Assembly (NCBI GenBank): GCA_012295275.1
Contig: CM022677.1
Coordinates: 10,726,001-10,790,000, forward strand
DNA length: 64,000 bases
Source of the DNA: Chrysomallon squamiferum
Taxonomy: Eukaryota; Animalia; Mollusca
Reading direction: 5' to 3'
Under the pieces are notes generated by a model that was not told the DNA's origin, made no database searches, and was given only the letters and a program-made list of their open reading frames with translations. This document shows positions 41,178 to 61,100 of this stretch, piece by piece; within the stretch, counting starts at the first letter, position 1; each line of letters begins with the position of its first letter. The translations under genes and the position numbers were made by a program.

Positions 41178-44100
41178 GCCAATAATAATAAATTTTGAAA
41201 AAAAAAAAAAAAATCACCTAGAAGACATACATCCCAAACCAATCATTTCATGATGTTAACCTGTGTCATTACTTTGTGTAAATGATTTTAAATAACATTT
41301 GCTGCAGATCTGTCACTCTAAGAATTACATTCTCGTAACTGAAAAGAAGTGATAAAATAAAGCTAAAAATGATTTGTTTTTTCAATTTATTTCAAACAGT
41401 AACAAGAGGAAATAAAGTTAATCAAACAAATGTTTCAATCACAACAAAAGTACTAACAACACTCCTTAAAAATAACAAACAAAAACAAATAAATAATAAA
41501 TTAAAATTGTAAACAGCTTTGTAGCGAGAAAAGTGTATAGATAAATAATCAACTGATAATAAATACTTTTTAATATTTAAAACAAGTTTGTCATGATTAT
41601 ATTATTAATAAAATAAAAATGTCATATATATATGTTTGTAATAAAGTACAAATTAAAAGAAGATAATATAAATAAATGATACATAAATGCTGTATTTATG
41701 AATATCACTAAATTAATACTACAAAAGGAAACAATTCAACATAATGAGCACATTTTGGGGCTGGTGGACAAAATAAAACTAGTAATGATGTAGTTCTAAA
41801 TAAAATTTTAAACAGAGTTAAATAATGATTTACAAAATAAATTGTTCGTAATAGTACAATATTTTTTTTAATAACCTTTTTTTTTTCACTGAAAATTCCA
41901 TGAAGAGATAACTATTATTCAGGAATTACATTTTCCTTTTCAATGGCACACTGAATAAGTAAAAATCAGCAAAATAATAGGTAGATAAATAAACAAAAGT
42001 TTAAACAAAAAGCAAAAAGATAATTATCTTCCATATTATGATGGTTAATAACAAGATAAAATAAATAGAAAAAACTCAATCATTATATTTTTACAGAGTA
42101 ACTCACACAAACCATCAGAAAAAAAAGAAAAACCTTAAATGACGAGATAGACCTTGTTGACTATGGATTATAATCATGTTATCTGTTATGCATGTTATCT
42201 GAAAAACAGATTTGTAATAATTTGATTAAGAAGATATATTTGTGTAATGTTAGGAAGATTATACAGAAGTTTTTATATATTACAGGGTTAAAATAATAAT
42301 AATCATAAAATTTGAAAAAGAGTAATGTTATCAATCATGCATACATCAATTGATATACTTTGAAATATAGATTAAGTTATAAGATGAATAACTTGTAATA
42401 CAACAAACTGATACTACACAAAATAATACTAACATAATGAATGATGTTTTTATGGAATAGTTAGGAAGTTCATATATATAAAATAATAATAATAAAATAA
42501 AATAAAAGAAAAGAATACAACAATCATGTACATATCAACAGCTATTCTTGAAATACAGATTATTTATGACAGTTACAATGATTCTGAAAATGTTGTTTTA
42601 ACAAGTGATGTAATGATATTTTCTGCAAGAAAGATGCACGAAAGTATATATATATATATAACAGAATTTAAAAAAAAACAACTAGTAACAAGATATTCTG
42701 ATATTTTATAGGAATATTTGGGTTTTTTTTCAGATAAAACTGACTACTCATACTACCACTAGACTTCAGTAATAGATGGACAAATGTTGAAAATAACTTA
42801 TGACTATCAGAAAAGTGTATTTGAAATAATTCTTATTTTAACTAATAAAATCAGATATTTTACACACACACATATATATATATATAGTAAGTTCTAGGGG
42901 ATCTGCTTCATTTGGATGGTTTTATTTACTGTGTGCATGAAAGAGAAAATAATTTTTCTGCTGCCATTGTAGAAAATGACAAAACCACTTATCTACGGCA
43001 TTTCATGAAAAAATTGAGAAAGCAAAAAAAGGAAAGCTTTTTACAGATGATGAGAATAATCTGTGCTGCAGGAAAGGAATTCTTCAATACATGGAGTAGA
43101 AAACAAGAATAATAACAATAACAAATTAATGATCATGTTAAATAAAAATATAATAAATTTCATAATTATTTATTTTCAGTCTATGACATCATTATTTGTA
43201 ATACAGTATTATGAGAAAGAATAACTACAAGATAATATTAAAAAATTTTGCAACAATTTTTTTATCAGTGATGTTTACATAAAGTTCTGAAGGAGGAAAA
43301 AATAAAACAAAGTTAAGAAGATGACATAATTGTTTGTAATACAATATGTATGAGAAAGAATAAACACAACCCCAAATCTAATGTTAAAAATATTTGCAAG
43401 TTTCTTAACCTGTGATGGTTTCATAAAAATTTACCAAAAAAAAAAAAAAAAAAAACACATTTTCTACTTTACAAAGATGGTCAGAATTAATTATGAAAAC
43501 AAGGTTAAGAAGAAGGTTAACTGGAAAGAATTTGAAAACTTTATTGTTAACCAATTTTCATCTGTGGCACCACAAAATTAAGATTATTTTTCTTTATTTA
43601 TTAAAATGTTCTGTTATGTAATTTCATATTTCGAAAAGCAATAACTGTAATTAAAACTTGAAAATTAATAAAGCAACCAGAAAAACAAAGAAGCCATAAT
43701 AAAAATGCATGAATCCTATGAAGAAAGACATAAGAATCATTTTATCTGTGGATTTGGCAGAAATACTATAAGAATAGGACCAACTACTTTCAACACACAC
43801 ATTTTCATCTGTGGAAGACTGAAAATAATTTGAGAATGACTAAAGAGTGTTGTGACAAATTGACAGAAGTGCAGAGCTCATGAATGTGAAATTCTATTGT
43901 ATCAGATGAATTTCAGAAGTGATAAGGAGAAACTGGATAAATAATAATTTCTATGTAATTCTTGTGTGACTGTTTGAATATACTAAAATATACAGTTTGA
44001 ATATACTTGATATTTTTGGAAAGAACAAATACATTGATTTTATAAGTTGACATATGATAAGAAGAGCTTTTTTTTTTTATTTTTTAAAGTTTTGTTTAAA

Positions 44101-44587
44101 CAGTGATTTTTAAAAAAATATAACATAATATTTATGAAGGTCTTCTAGAATGACTACATGAATTGCTAAAAAGCTCTTGCCTTTGATTTTAAATTGTAAA
44201 TTATTAATGACACTGTGGTCCAATTCATACAGATATCATTTAAAGGACTTTTTTTATAGCCAAGATGTCTGCTTCAACAAAGAATATCTGGTTATAATTT
44301 TACAGGTTATCAAAATAATGATAAATGACAACTGTGCCAATGGAAGATGAAAACAAAATCTAAAGTCTATCAACTGTAATTTCATTTAAAATAATCCCCC
44401 AAAAATGTGATATAAACTTTTAATAATATTATCTAATTGACTGCACAAACACTACAAGTCATAATGAAATTTTATAATACAGTCCTTTAAATAGTGTAAT
44501 GAGAATTTTTACAAAAAAAATTAATTATTATATTGGTTTTTATCAGCCAACATTTCAAAAAATATTTACTGTAGTTGTTATAGTTGG

Positions 44588-45517
44588 TGAATATAATTTG
44601 AATTTTCAGGATGGAGTCATTAGGTGGAAAGAAACAAATCAATAAAATATACAAAAAATTAAACTAAATGAAATTACATTTGCTTGCCTCTATTTGATTA
44701 ATAACATGAAATAGCACATCTAATAGCAGCTTGACAATACTGTATTACATCAGTTAAGCCCTTTGGCTATCCCATCATTAAATCTTGGAATATACAAGTC
44801 TTGTTATAAGTTTTATAAAACTTATTCTTGTTAGTAATTAATATATTTTTGTAGCAACAAATAATAATAACATCAACAAGAACAACAAACTAATAAATAA
44901 ATTAATTAATTAAATATTACACCACATACTGCAAAATGAGCACATGGATTGATATATAAATATTTTTTATCATTATCTGTAATTTTTTGGTTTATTTGTT
45001 ATTTTCTGGGGTGGGGGTTTCATGTTTTTTTTGTTTTGTTGTTTTAAGAATACATATTTTATTTGTTTATATGTTGGGGAATTTTAATGACTGAAAAAAG
45101 ATATATAATATAATATTGTATGTCTTGGTGAAATCTAAAGAAGGAACTAAACACATTTATTTATATACTTGTTTTTATTTTTATTATTAATAATTTTATG
45201 TTTGTTTAAATGTTGAATTTTTTTTATGACTGAAACAATATTTTTTAATATGTTACTGCATGAATATAATTTGAATTTTCAGGATGGAGTCATTAGGTGG
45301 AAAGAAACAAATCAATAAAATATACAAAAAATTAAACTAAATGAAATTACATTTGCTTGCCTCTATTTGATTAATAACATCTATGAAATAGCACATCTAA
45401 TAGCAGCTTGACAATACTGTATTATATCAGTTATGCCCCTTGGCTATCCCATCATTAAATCTTGGAATATACAAGTCTTGTTATAAGTTTTATAAAACTT
45501 ATTCCTGTTAGTAATTA
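44588..45517. repeat. Recent direct duplication of a ~255-bp unique segment
   Basis: 44588-44840 and 45261-45517 are near-identical (tgaatataatttgaattttcaggatggagtc...ttagtaatta), differing by a 4-nt indel and a few substitutions. Confidence 0.92.
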
Positions 45518-46169
45518 TTTCATTACTGGTCTGAAATAGGTTTGGTTGTTGGTAATTTTAAGGCTGGTCTAAAATAATTTACTAGTATGCAATTTTTATT
45601 TTTTTATTCAAACCTTTATTTGTTATTTTTATTATTTTTATGCTGCTTACCTGTTTTCATTATTTTATGTTTATATATCCTGGATGTTGTTGTTTTTTAA
45701 TTATTTGTTGGGGGTTTTGAGGATTTTTTAAAAGGTTTTTTACTAGCTATATTAAAGAACACTAATATTTGTTATTTTAATATTGTTATTTATTTGTATA
45801 TTATTATTGTTGTTGTTGTTGATGGTGAATTAAATTCCTAAACAACAACTGAAATAACGTAATTTGATAATTAAATTTTTGATATTCTTTAACACACACA
45901 TTCACACATACATCAGCCTGCAGCCAAACATCAACTGTTTATGCTGCTTAAAATATTAGTAATAAATAAATTAATGAAATCCTACAGAATGGAGTTTCAA
46001 ATTAGAATAAATGATATGAAATTAATGAAATAAATATTGAAAAAAAAATATATTAAGAACAACTCCATTTTTAATTTTCTAAATTCATTTCTATCCATTC
46101 TGCAGTAGCTATTTTTAAATTATATATATCTTCTGAACACATTGAATGTATGAAAATAAAAAGAAGCAG

Positions 46170-48261
46170 TTACTTGAGTAACAGAAAGTCTTTCAGGGTA
46201 TGGCTTATCTGCAGTGACATAACACTCTTCTCAATACTCGTTCCTCCAGCAGCTGATGACAGGATTGTCCTTGTAACACGTAAACACAAGTTCAGCAGAG
46301 ACATAGGTTGAAAAAATTCCTCTTTAAATAAAATAGCAATCTCTTTATTTTCTTCTTCAAAAACAATAGTGGCTCCCAGCAAGAGAAGCAGTCTAGCAAT
46401 ACGTCGGTTTTTGTTTACCAGAGCCCAGTAAAGTGGACTGCGACCACTGAAAATAAAAAAGAAATCTGTAAAGTAAAAAAATACACATATAACCTGATTT
46501 AACATCTTTAATATTTTATAAAAGTTAAAAAATAAAAATAAGCAAACTATCTCTTATTCACAAATCTCATTCTGAAACAGCCATAAAATAAGGTAAAACT
46601 ATGATCAACTTATTTCTTAGTCACAATAAACTCTTTGAATTTATATTATGTATAAATAGAAAAATAAAAATAAATTGTTTCTTATTCATAAGACACTCAC
46701 TGACCTATATAAATCATTAAATATATAAATAAAAGTACTGAATAAATAAAAACAAAAGCAAAAATAAATATTTTTTATATTAAAAAAATTACTTTGAATC
46801 TGTTATATGACAACTGGCACCATGCTGCAGTAACAACAGTGAGACTTCTGTGTCGTCATTCATTGCACTTCATATCAAGGGTGTATAATCAAACCTGTCC
46901 ACAGCATTCAGCAGAGCTCCATGTTTAACAAGAAGTTCACACTGAGGAAAGTTACCACCAGAAACAGCTAACATCAGTGGCCTATTTCCACCCTGATTTA
47001 TATGATCAACATCACAGCCTAGCTTTAATGCAATGGATAAGATATCTTTGTTGCCTCCATGAACTGCTGCATGGACAAAGTTGCCATGGTAACATGTAAA
47101 TCGATGATCAGCACCTAGTGACAGAAGGTATTCAACAAGAGAGAGATGGTTTTCATGAGCAGCCATGAACAAAGGAGTCGCGCCATCAGAAGCCTTTAGT
47201 GTCAGCATTGAAACATCTTCATCTAGAAGTTGCTTTACGACTGAAGTTTTGCCAACAAAACAGGCAATAAACAGAGGAGGATAATACCGATGGAAGAAAA
47301 ACAAGACAGTTTCCTTCTGCCGGCTGCATCCAGCTGTGAGGAGAATATCAACAATTGTATCACCATTTGCACTGTTTGCCAGTATAGCAAGTCCAAGTGG
47401 AGTATGACCTCGTCCACTGACTTCATTTAAAAAAGCTCCATACTTGATCAAAGTTTTTACCATTTCCACATTCGTCTGCTGAACAGCAAGGTGTAATGGA
47501 AGAGTCCCATGTTTGAGGACTAGGTGGAAAGGATTTTCTCTGCTGTCTTGATAAGGCTCATTCACATCAGCACCATTTTCTATCAGTGCTGAAACCAGGA
47601 AAGTGTTTCCAGCGTAAACAGCATTGAAAATGGGGAAACCAAATAACTCAACGGGTGTTGGCCTTTCTGCCAAGTTTATTACTGGGTCCATGTTTGCTTC
47701 GTGTTTTAGCAAAAATTTACAAATCTCCAGATTTTTGTCAACTGAAAGCTGAAGAGGAGTTTGACCAGATCCACAGTGTACATTAATTTTAGCACCATAC
47801 TGAAAAAGAAGTTTCACCATTTCAAAATTGTCCAAAATAATGGAAAAGCCAAATGAATTCAGCTGATCCTTGTTGCCAATTTTGTTTGGATCTGCTCCAT
47901 GTTCTAACAGCAAGGCCACTAGATCTTGATCATGTGTTCTAATGGCGGTTAGTAAAGCTTCATCAACTGAAGACTGAAAATTTGAAAATCTGTCAACCAC
48001 CATTAATAAACCAAGAATTTTAAAAACATTCTGTCTCACTTCTGAATGATTTACCTCTTCAGTTTTCCAAAGATTAAACATGGAAGCACTTTCATTCTTA
48101 TGTGCAGACTTTCTCTCCAAGTAATCCAGATAGATTTGTACTAGTCTAACCAATGCCATTCCATCCTGGTCTAATAAATGTTCTGATTTGTCAATAAAAG
48201 AAATAACCTCAGACCATTCTTGATTCTGAATTAGGGAACATAACTGACAAGTGCTATCCAT
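46170..48261 (-). CDS. Ankyrin repeat and SOCS box (ASB-like) protein, 581 codons, with an internal in-frame TGA at codon 464
   Basis: Coding exon 48261-46793 (donor AA|gtaatt) and exon 46446-46170 (acceptor tttcag|T) join in frame as AA+T=Asn. Many ankyrin repeats (GQTPLQLSV, GTLPLHLAV, GHTPLGLAI, GATPLFMAA, GNRPLMLAV, GRSPLYWAL). C-terminus PMSLLNLCLRVTR...LQISHTLKDFLL fits a SOCS box (BC box + cullin box). TGA at 46872-46870 interrupts the penultimate repeat. Probable 5' UTR acceptor at 48420 and exon-1 donor at 49147. Confidence 0.85.
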
Positions 48262-48801
48262 CTTTTTTGTTCAGTGTAGATGTGAATTGTAAATGTAAGA
48301 GATTTTTAATACAACATATGTTGTTCCTCATGGGTACTGGTTATTGTTTAAAACAACAAATTCACTTATAAATACTATATTATTCTGTATAGTGTACAAG
48401 GTATGTCAGATAAATGTTTCTGAAAAAAAAAAAATTATATTAATAAAAATTATTACACCGATTTATAGTTTATTGTTTTATATCAGATTATTATTATTAT
48501 TATCTAATGTTGGTTTATAAAATGCAGTAAATTTGATGTATTAACAGTATAATTATTATATACTTGCATTTCTTTTTTCTTATTGAATATTAGTTAATTT
48601 ACATAGTGCAGAAGTATGTAACAAAATATATTTATGCTCAAAAGCTATTTAGGGATTGTTAATAATAATAATAATAAAATACTAAAGAAATAAAGAAATA
48701 AATAACAGAAATAAAATTAATGTACAATGAATTATCAAATTAAATTATAGAGTCAAGCACATTAAAACTTTTCCTTTTTTTTTCTTTATTATGTTTGCTT
48801 A

Positions 48802-48881
<80 letters not shown>

Positions 48882-49439
48882 AATACTAATCAAAGCTAGA
48901 TTACTCTGCCAATGGATCTAATTTAATGAAGGTCAAGTTATTGGCAACACCGCACTTCAAAAAGAAAAGATATTATTTACATTCGTTTCGTTTTGGTTGC
49001 ACATTTGTAGCTAGTATAGACCCGCCATCTAAACCTTCGTAGTTTATACGTCGACACGCTCTTCGATAAATTATTCCAAAGTTTAAAATGTAAATACGTA
49101 TATGAATAAATAATTTAGACGACAGACGACATTACAAGTAAACAAACCTTGCAACTTCGCAGAATCGCGAAATATGCTGGATAACACGCATTTACCTCCC
49201 TTGGATGGAATTAGGTTATTCTTAAAAAAGGAAAAAGTAAGTATGATTAAAACAATTCTCCTTTCTTTGCACGAATGCTGTTCCTACAACTTTTACATGG
49301 AATAAAAACGAAAAATATAACTATTAATTTACCCAAACTCTCCATAAATTTACTATATCAAATAGAATGCTCATCTCAGTATCATTTTACTGCAACAAGA
49401 ATAATGATTTAAATAAAAATAATTTAATAACATTACCCA

Positions 49440-49730
49440 AGTAATAATTCCACGTGCAAATTAAAAATGTCGAAGTCTGAGCAGAAGTCAAGTCGATCAA
49501 ACGTCACCAAAAAGAGAAATGACCTGACGTCAGTGACGTCAAAATGTTTCCAATCCTGAATTTCACCTCTGACCAAATATTTTGAATGACATTATTTATT
49601 TTTTTAATAATATTAACAATAAAAGTGATTATTATTATTATTATTTATTATTATTATTATTATTATTATTTAATAACTAAGTGACACAGACCTTTGTTTT
49701 CGCCATCTGCATTGAAGCACGTGCGAGGTT
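49440..49730. promoter_or_regulatory. Divergent-promoter region with tandem CRE/ATF palindromes and E-boxes
   Basis: TGACGTCA at 49525-49532 and 49534-49541, half-site ACGTCA at 49501, CACGTG at 49451 and 49718; lies between the head-to-head ASB-like and antistasin-like genes. Confidence 0.5.
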
Positions 49731-50222
49731 TCTAGACATCTTGGACATGAAAAGACTGTAACCTTTTCCCGCCGAAAACAACTTTTTAGCGAGTGGGGCA
49801 GATGGTACTATAGATTAAAGGTTTTTGTGATATTTATCGTTTTGACTCTTTGCATGTATGAAGTAGGCCAAAGATGGAAATAACGAGATACACAGAAAGA
49901 GAAAGAAAGAAAGAAAGAAAATGAGAGATAAGCCTAAATCTTTCTTGCACCATGATCTATTATTATTATTATTATATTATTATTATTATAAAAATATATA
50001 AACAAATAAATAAATAAATAAATAAATAAGGGGGGGGGAATAAAGTAGAGCAAATAATAATATATATATTAACATAATTTTATTTCATTTTTAGATATTA
50101 CCAAATGCATATACCAAACTATGCGTTAGCAAAATAACAGAAACACGTAGCTTACCTTTCTCTTTTCTTTTCCATCTCATTATTATTTTACAACTCTTTT
50201 AACAGGTCTATTTGTTCTGACC

Positions 50223-50229
50223 TATATAA
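50223..50229 (+). promoter_or_regulatory. TATA box of the antistasin-like gene
   Basis: cTATATAA about 130 bp upstream of the signal-peptide ATG (50358), at the start of a CpG-richer putative 5' UTR. Confidence 0.5.
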
Positions 50230-50357
50230 TAATCCCTACTTGAAAGAAACATTCCGTTGTCGTCTGTGGAGGAATTTATCACCTAGAAAGAAAACGACCG
50301 GTTTACTAACGAAGAATGCCTCATGATATTTCGCTACATTTTCGTGCCACGGGAAAG

Positions 50358-56740
<6,383 letters not shown>

Positions 56741-57203
56741 CGAAGTCATCATTTGACTTAAATACACTTGACCTTCAACGTTTTTCAAAAATGTGTTAAT
56801 AATATTTATGTGTTTTTGAACAATATTATTATATATTTACACGTGTATTTCAAATTTGTAAATTCAAATTAAAAAGAAAGCTAATTAAAACTGTCTTCGT
56901 TGGAAGAAAACTGATTTAATTGTGTTTTTGTTCTTTTTCTGTTTTCTTTCCTTGTAAAAGACCATGATTACTTGGTTAACTAAAATATTATTAAGAATCT
57001 TTTTTGGTTATGTATTTTTTGTTTATTATACGTTGGTTTGTATGTTTGTTTCTATTTGCGTTGTTTTGTTCATTTACTTTATAATATAAACTGTTTTAAA
57101 CTGTTGGACTGTTCTACTGTTAATAACATCCTCAAAGGATTCCCTAAAAGTAAAACGAATCAGCTTAAGATAACTGATTTTATATATTAACAGATGAAAG
57201 TGA

Positions 57204-57263
<60 letters not shown>

Positions 57264-58194
57264 ATAGGTAAAGATATAGATTATAGATGGATATTAAATT
57301 TATGTCATGATTATATAATTTATCATTTTACTGATTTACATTTGAAACTGAGGAAACATCATTTCAAAAATATCTGTTACGATTACGAATGGAAGGCGTG
57401 GTTTTTATTCATAAAACAAAAAAAAAAATTAAAAATAAAAAAAAAAAAAATAAATAAAAATAAGTAAACAAACAAGAAGAATATTAAAATTAAAAGTAAT
57501 AAAAAAAAAAAAAAAAAAAAATAAGTAAGTAAATAAATGAATAAATAAATAAACACACAAACAAACAAACAAATAAATAAATATATAAATAAATAAGTTT
57601 TTCGGAACGGAGCAAAAACTTAGCAAAGATCATCGACGAAGTACACAGATAGATAGATTCGGGGTTACATTATAGTTTAATGGCATTTGCATTGGTTTTT
57701 GATACTGTTTGGCAAGATTTCTTTTGTTTCGACAATACATCTGACTGATTGTTCAAACATTAAGGTGTACTTATGTTGTATATATTAAGGTGTGATAACA
57801 ATGGGCGTGGTTGAGGGGGGCGTTTACTTTTGAAACTAGCCAGTAGTAGAGGCCTATGCTGTGTTTTGCTACGGGCCCCGCAGTTGCTTAATCCGGCTTT
57901 GCGTACAGATTTTCGTTGATTCGGCGCAATAACGTGCTGGTGTTTTCTTTTGAGGAACAGGCATAGGCACAGATAGACAGATAGATACCATACATTTTAT
58001 CTTTCATCGCTGTTTACCTCATATCTCGCCCGAATGCACTGGGTCATGATGATTTAAAGTCTTGTTTGGGAGGAGCTTAAACAAAGTCTTGTTTTGTCTA
58101 AAAAACAAAAATAGAATAAAATAATAAAATAAAATATATAAATGGATATATTGTTTATTCAAAATTGACACGAATCTAGAGGAAACTCGATTCA

Positions 58195-61100
58195 ATGGCA
58201 ATGTTTCACTATTTCTTGATTTGTTCTGCTGGACTGATTTGTGTTTTAGGTGCGTTTTTTTGTTTGTTTTTCTTTTTTAAATTTTTTGAGTTTTTTTTTT
58301 TTTTTTTCATTTTTTTTTTTTTTTTTTTCTTCTTTTTTTCTTTTTCATTCGTCAAAGTCTATTTTAGCGCTTTAATTTTGGATCTAAAAAGTCACCAAAA
58401 TCCTTTTGTTGTTTATCTACATGATCCATTTCATCTGTTAATATATATATGAAATTTTCATTACAGTTTCATTGCCTATCATTGACAACATTTATACCTG
58501 AAATTGCTTGACAAAGCAAAATTATTAGTAACCTACAGAGACATCAGTATCTAAAGTCTATATAGATAGCTAGATAGATAGTTAGACAGAGAGATAGATA
58601 CATAAGTATGGGTATCAGGATAATTGCCCCTGACAACTGCCCCGCCCCAATTTTTCTTCAAATATACCATTTAGAAAGATTTTCAAGCAACATTCCAATA
58701 AATTAGCCAAAGTGTGTTACATTAAACTTGATTAAAGGCATTTGGATTGCTAATTCCAATAAATTAGTCAAAGCAAACCTGAGTCACCTAATTACTAATT
58801 AAACTTGAGTAAAGGCATTTGGACTACTTTGATCTGCTAAAAATCCGCTAAAACATTTTATAAAGCTAATAAGTGTCAGCTAATAACTAACTCAGGCTAA
58901 TTAAATGCTAAAGCTTCCTTTGATTTGGCAAATGCTCCATAACTGAAACAGTATATTAGGTCATGCCTTCTAGCAAAACTATTCTATTCTATAAGGTGAA
59001 GTTCTGGACTCAGAGTATGGTCATCCAAAACTTGCCTTCGAAAACTGTGTATGTCCAACAGAAGAAAGTCAATGGTGGAGTGATTTGAAGGAAGAAAGCA
59101 ACAGGTCTAAAGCTAAACTGTACTGTGACTGGATGCTTCTTTCATTTGAGCCAATGCATCTAGCGTCAAATTCAACTCATTAGTCTAGCAGTTTGTTACA
59201 ATACTGATGAAGAGTTTGCTTTACTGATCCGTCAGATAGCTACAACTGCATTCGTTCCAACTGATGGTGATGATTCTGTATTACAGATACTGGAGTATTT
59301 TGAGGACAACTTCATCTATTATTGCCAGTATGGCAGAGCTGGTCGCAGACATAATCCGCGTTACAATGTTGGCATGTGGAACATGCACAAGAGGTTGGAA
59401 AAGAAAATTGGTGCGGACTAACAATTTCCTGGAAGGGTGGCACTGTTGCTTCCAGTCAAGCATTGGTCCTACCATCAGAATTTCTGTAAATTTATAGACA
59501 TTTTAACGCGTGAACAAAAACTAATGAACTGGAAATAAACCAGATGATTGGCGAGGAAGCACCTCAACCATTTCATCGAAAATTCAAGAAGCGTCACTGC
59601 TTTTGTTGAGACTGGTCAAACAGTGAGAAAAGCGACTCGTCTTGAACTGTTTGAGTGGGATAGCACAAAACATCAAAGTGTGGAAAACTGAAAATGTCAC
59701 TAAACTCTTGTAAGTTGGTCTTACTATACATGGTTATAGTTGAACCTGTACTTGTGAATGAACTGTTGCTATACAAAGAGAGAACTATGGACAGACTACT
59801 CTGAATTTCATTTTATTTGTGAAGTATTAAAAAACTTGTCATATATATATATATTTCATTATGCTTGAAAATCATAACTGGAAGAAAAAATGGGGTGGGC
59901 AGTGGTCCAGGAGCAAGTGTTCTGGTATCAAAAATATATAGATATACATATGTATGTGTGTTTATCAGGAGCGGAAAAGTTAACACGAAGGTTTATTGAA
60001 CCAGTTAACTTCTTGCGGCCATGAATAGAACTGTTTGACAAATTGCGAGACTCGTTAAATAGAACTGACCTTTTCGCCTTCTCTCTTGTTCTTGCATTTT
60101 TTGATGAAAGACACATCCCAAATGACTATTTTCATACATGGTGTCACTTTTTCCCATGAAGAGTCGGACATTGTTCAACTACATGGCACCACCAGTGGAA
60201 AGGACATGTTTTCATTATCAGTTTTCACTCCCTTGATTTCAATGTCTTGATGGTGTGATTGAAAGTTCGCCCAGTTGGACACTGTCACACCATCCATAAA
60301 CTTTCCAAAGAGTTTAATGTTGCGTGAAATTCACAGAGGAAACATCGCCAGTTCCATCGATCTTCAAAATTTGCTTCGTGGAGCCATGTCGTGGTTGGGA
60401 TGTCCTACGTCTTTGTTGTTTTCCTGACAACAACTTGCAGACTTGTACTGCAGTCGTCACGTCACTGCGGCAAGAATTTGCCTCCCGTTCGGGAGGTATC
60501 CGAGCTCTATCTCCAGATTTCAAATTTCGGAAATGCAGTATACAAAGTATCGCCTTCACTCGCAGTTCTCTGACCATATTTCGCCTGACACTGAATCGCT
60601 GCTTTCATGTATACCTCCCATCTTATTAACTCTTCTAACATTCGTTAAAAGTGAATTTACTGTTTTGAAATATTTTTTTTCTTATTTCATATTCTGGCCC
60701 TCACGCTCTTCCCATAAGATCCACCCGGCCACTGTTCTAAAACGTTTGCCCGCCCCCGGTCTATAAAAACAAACAAGTGCTATAAAGTTAGTTAAAATGC
60801 TGTTAATTCTGAGCACGCACACACACACACATACACACACAGAGATATATTAGATTTATATCATGGCATGATTATGTAACGTATCACACTGTTAGTAATT
60901 TATAATTATATCTGAGCGAACGTCATTTCATGAAAATGTCTTATCATTATGAATGAAGGGCGTGGTTTAGATTCCTAAAAATAAAAAAATAAAAAATAAA
61001 ATAAAATAAAATAAAACCTAAATATAAAATACAATAAACAGACAAACAAACAACTAAATAAATAAAAATAATTAGACGAAAAAGAACAATTTAATAATTA

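Noticed and set aside
45420-45460. SECIS element for the ASB-like UGA
   Set aside because: The AUGA...AA...GA spacing is too short and the helix pairing is poor, and the stop aligns with Trp rather than Cys. It cannot be fully excluded without SECISearch.
57838-57902. Short GC-rich fragment (gggccccgcag...ttaatccggc) resembling a PIF/Harbinger MITE end
   Set aside because: No matching opposite terminus or TSD found.
60314-60766. Overlapping 60-107 aa ORFs as host genes
   Set aside because: No splice structure or recognisable domain; better explained as a GC-richer transposon relic.
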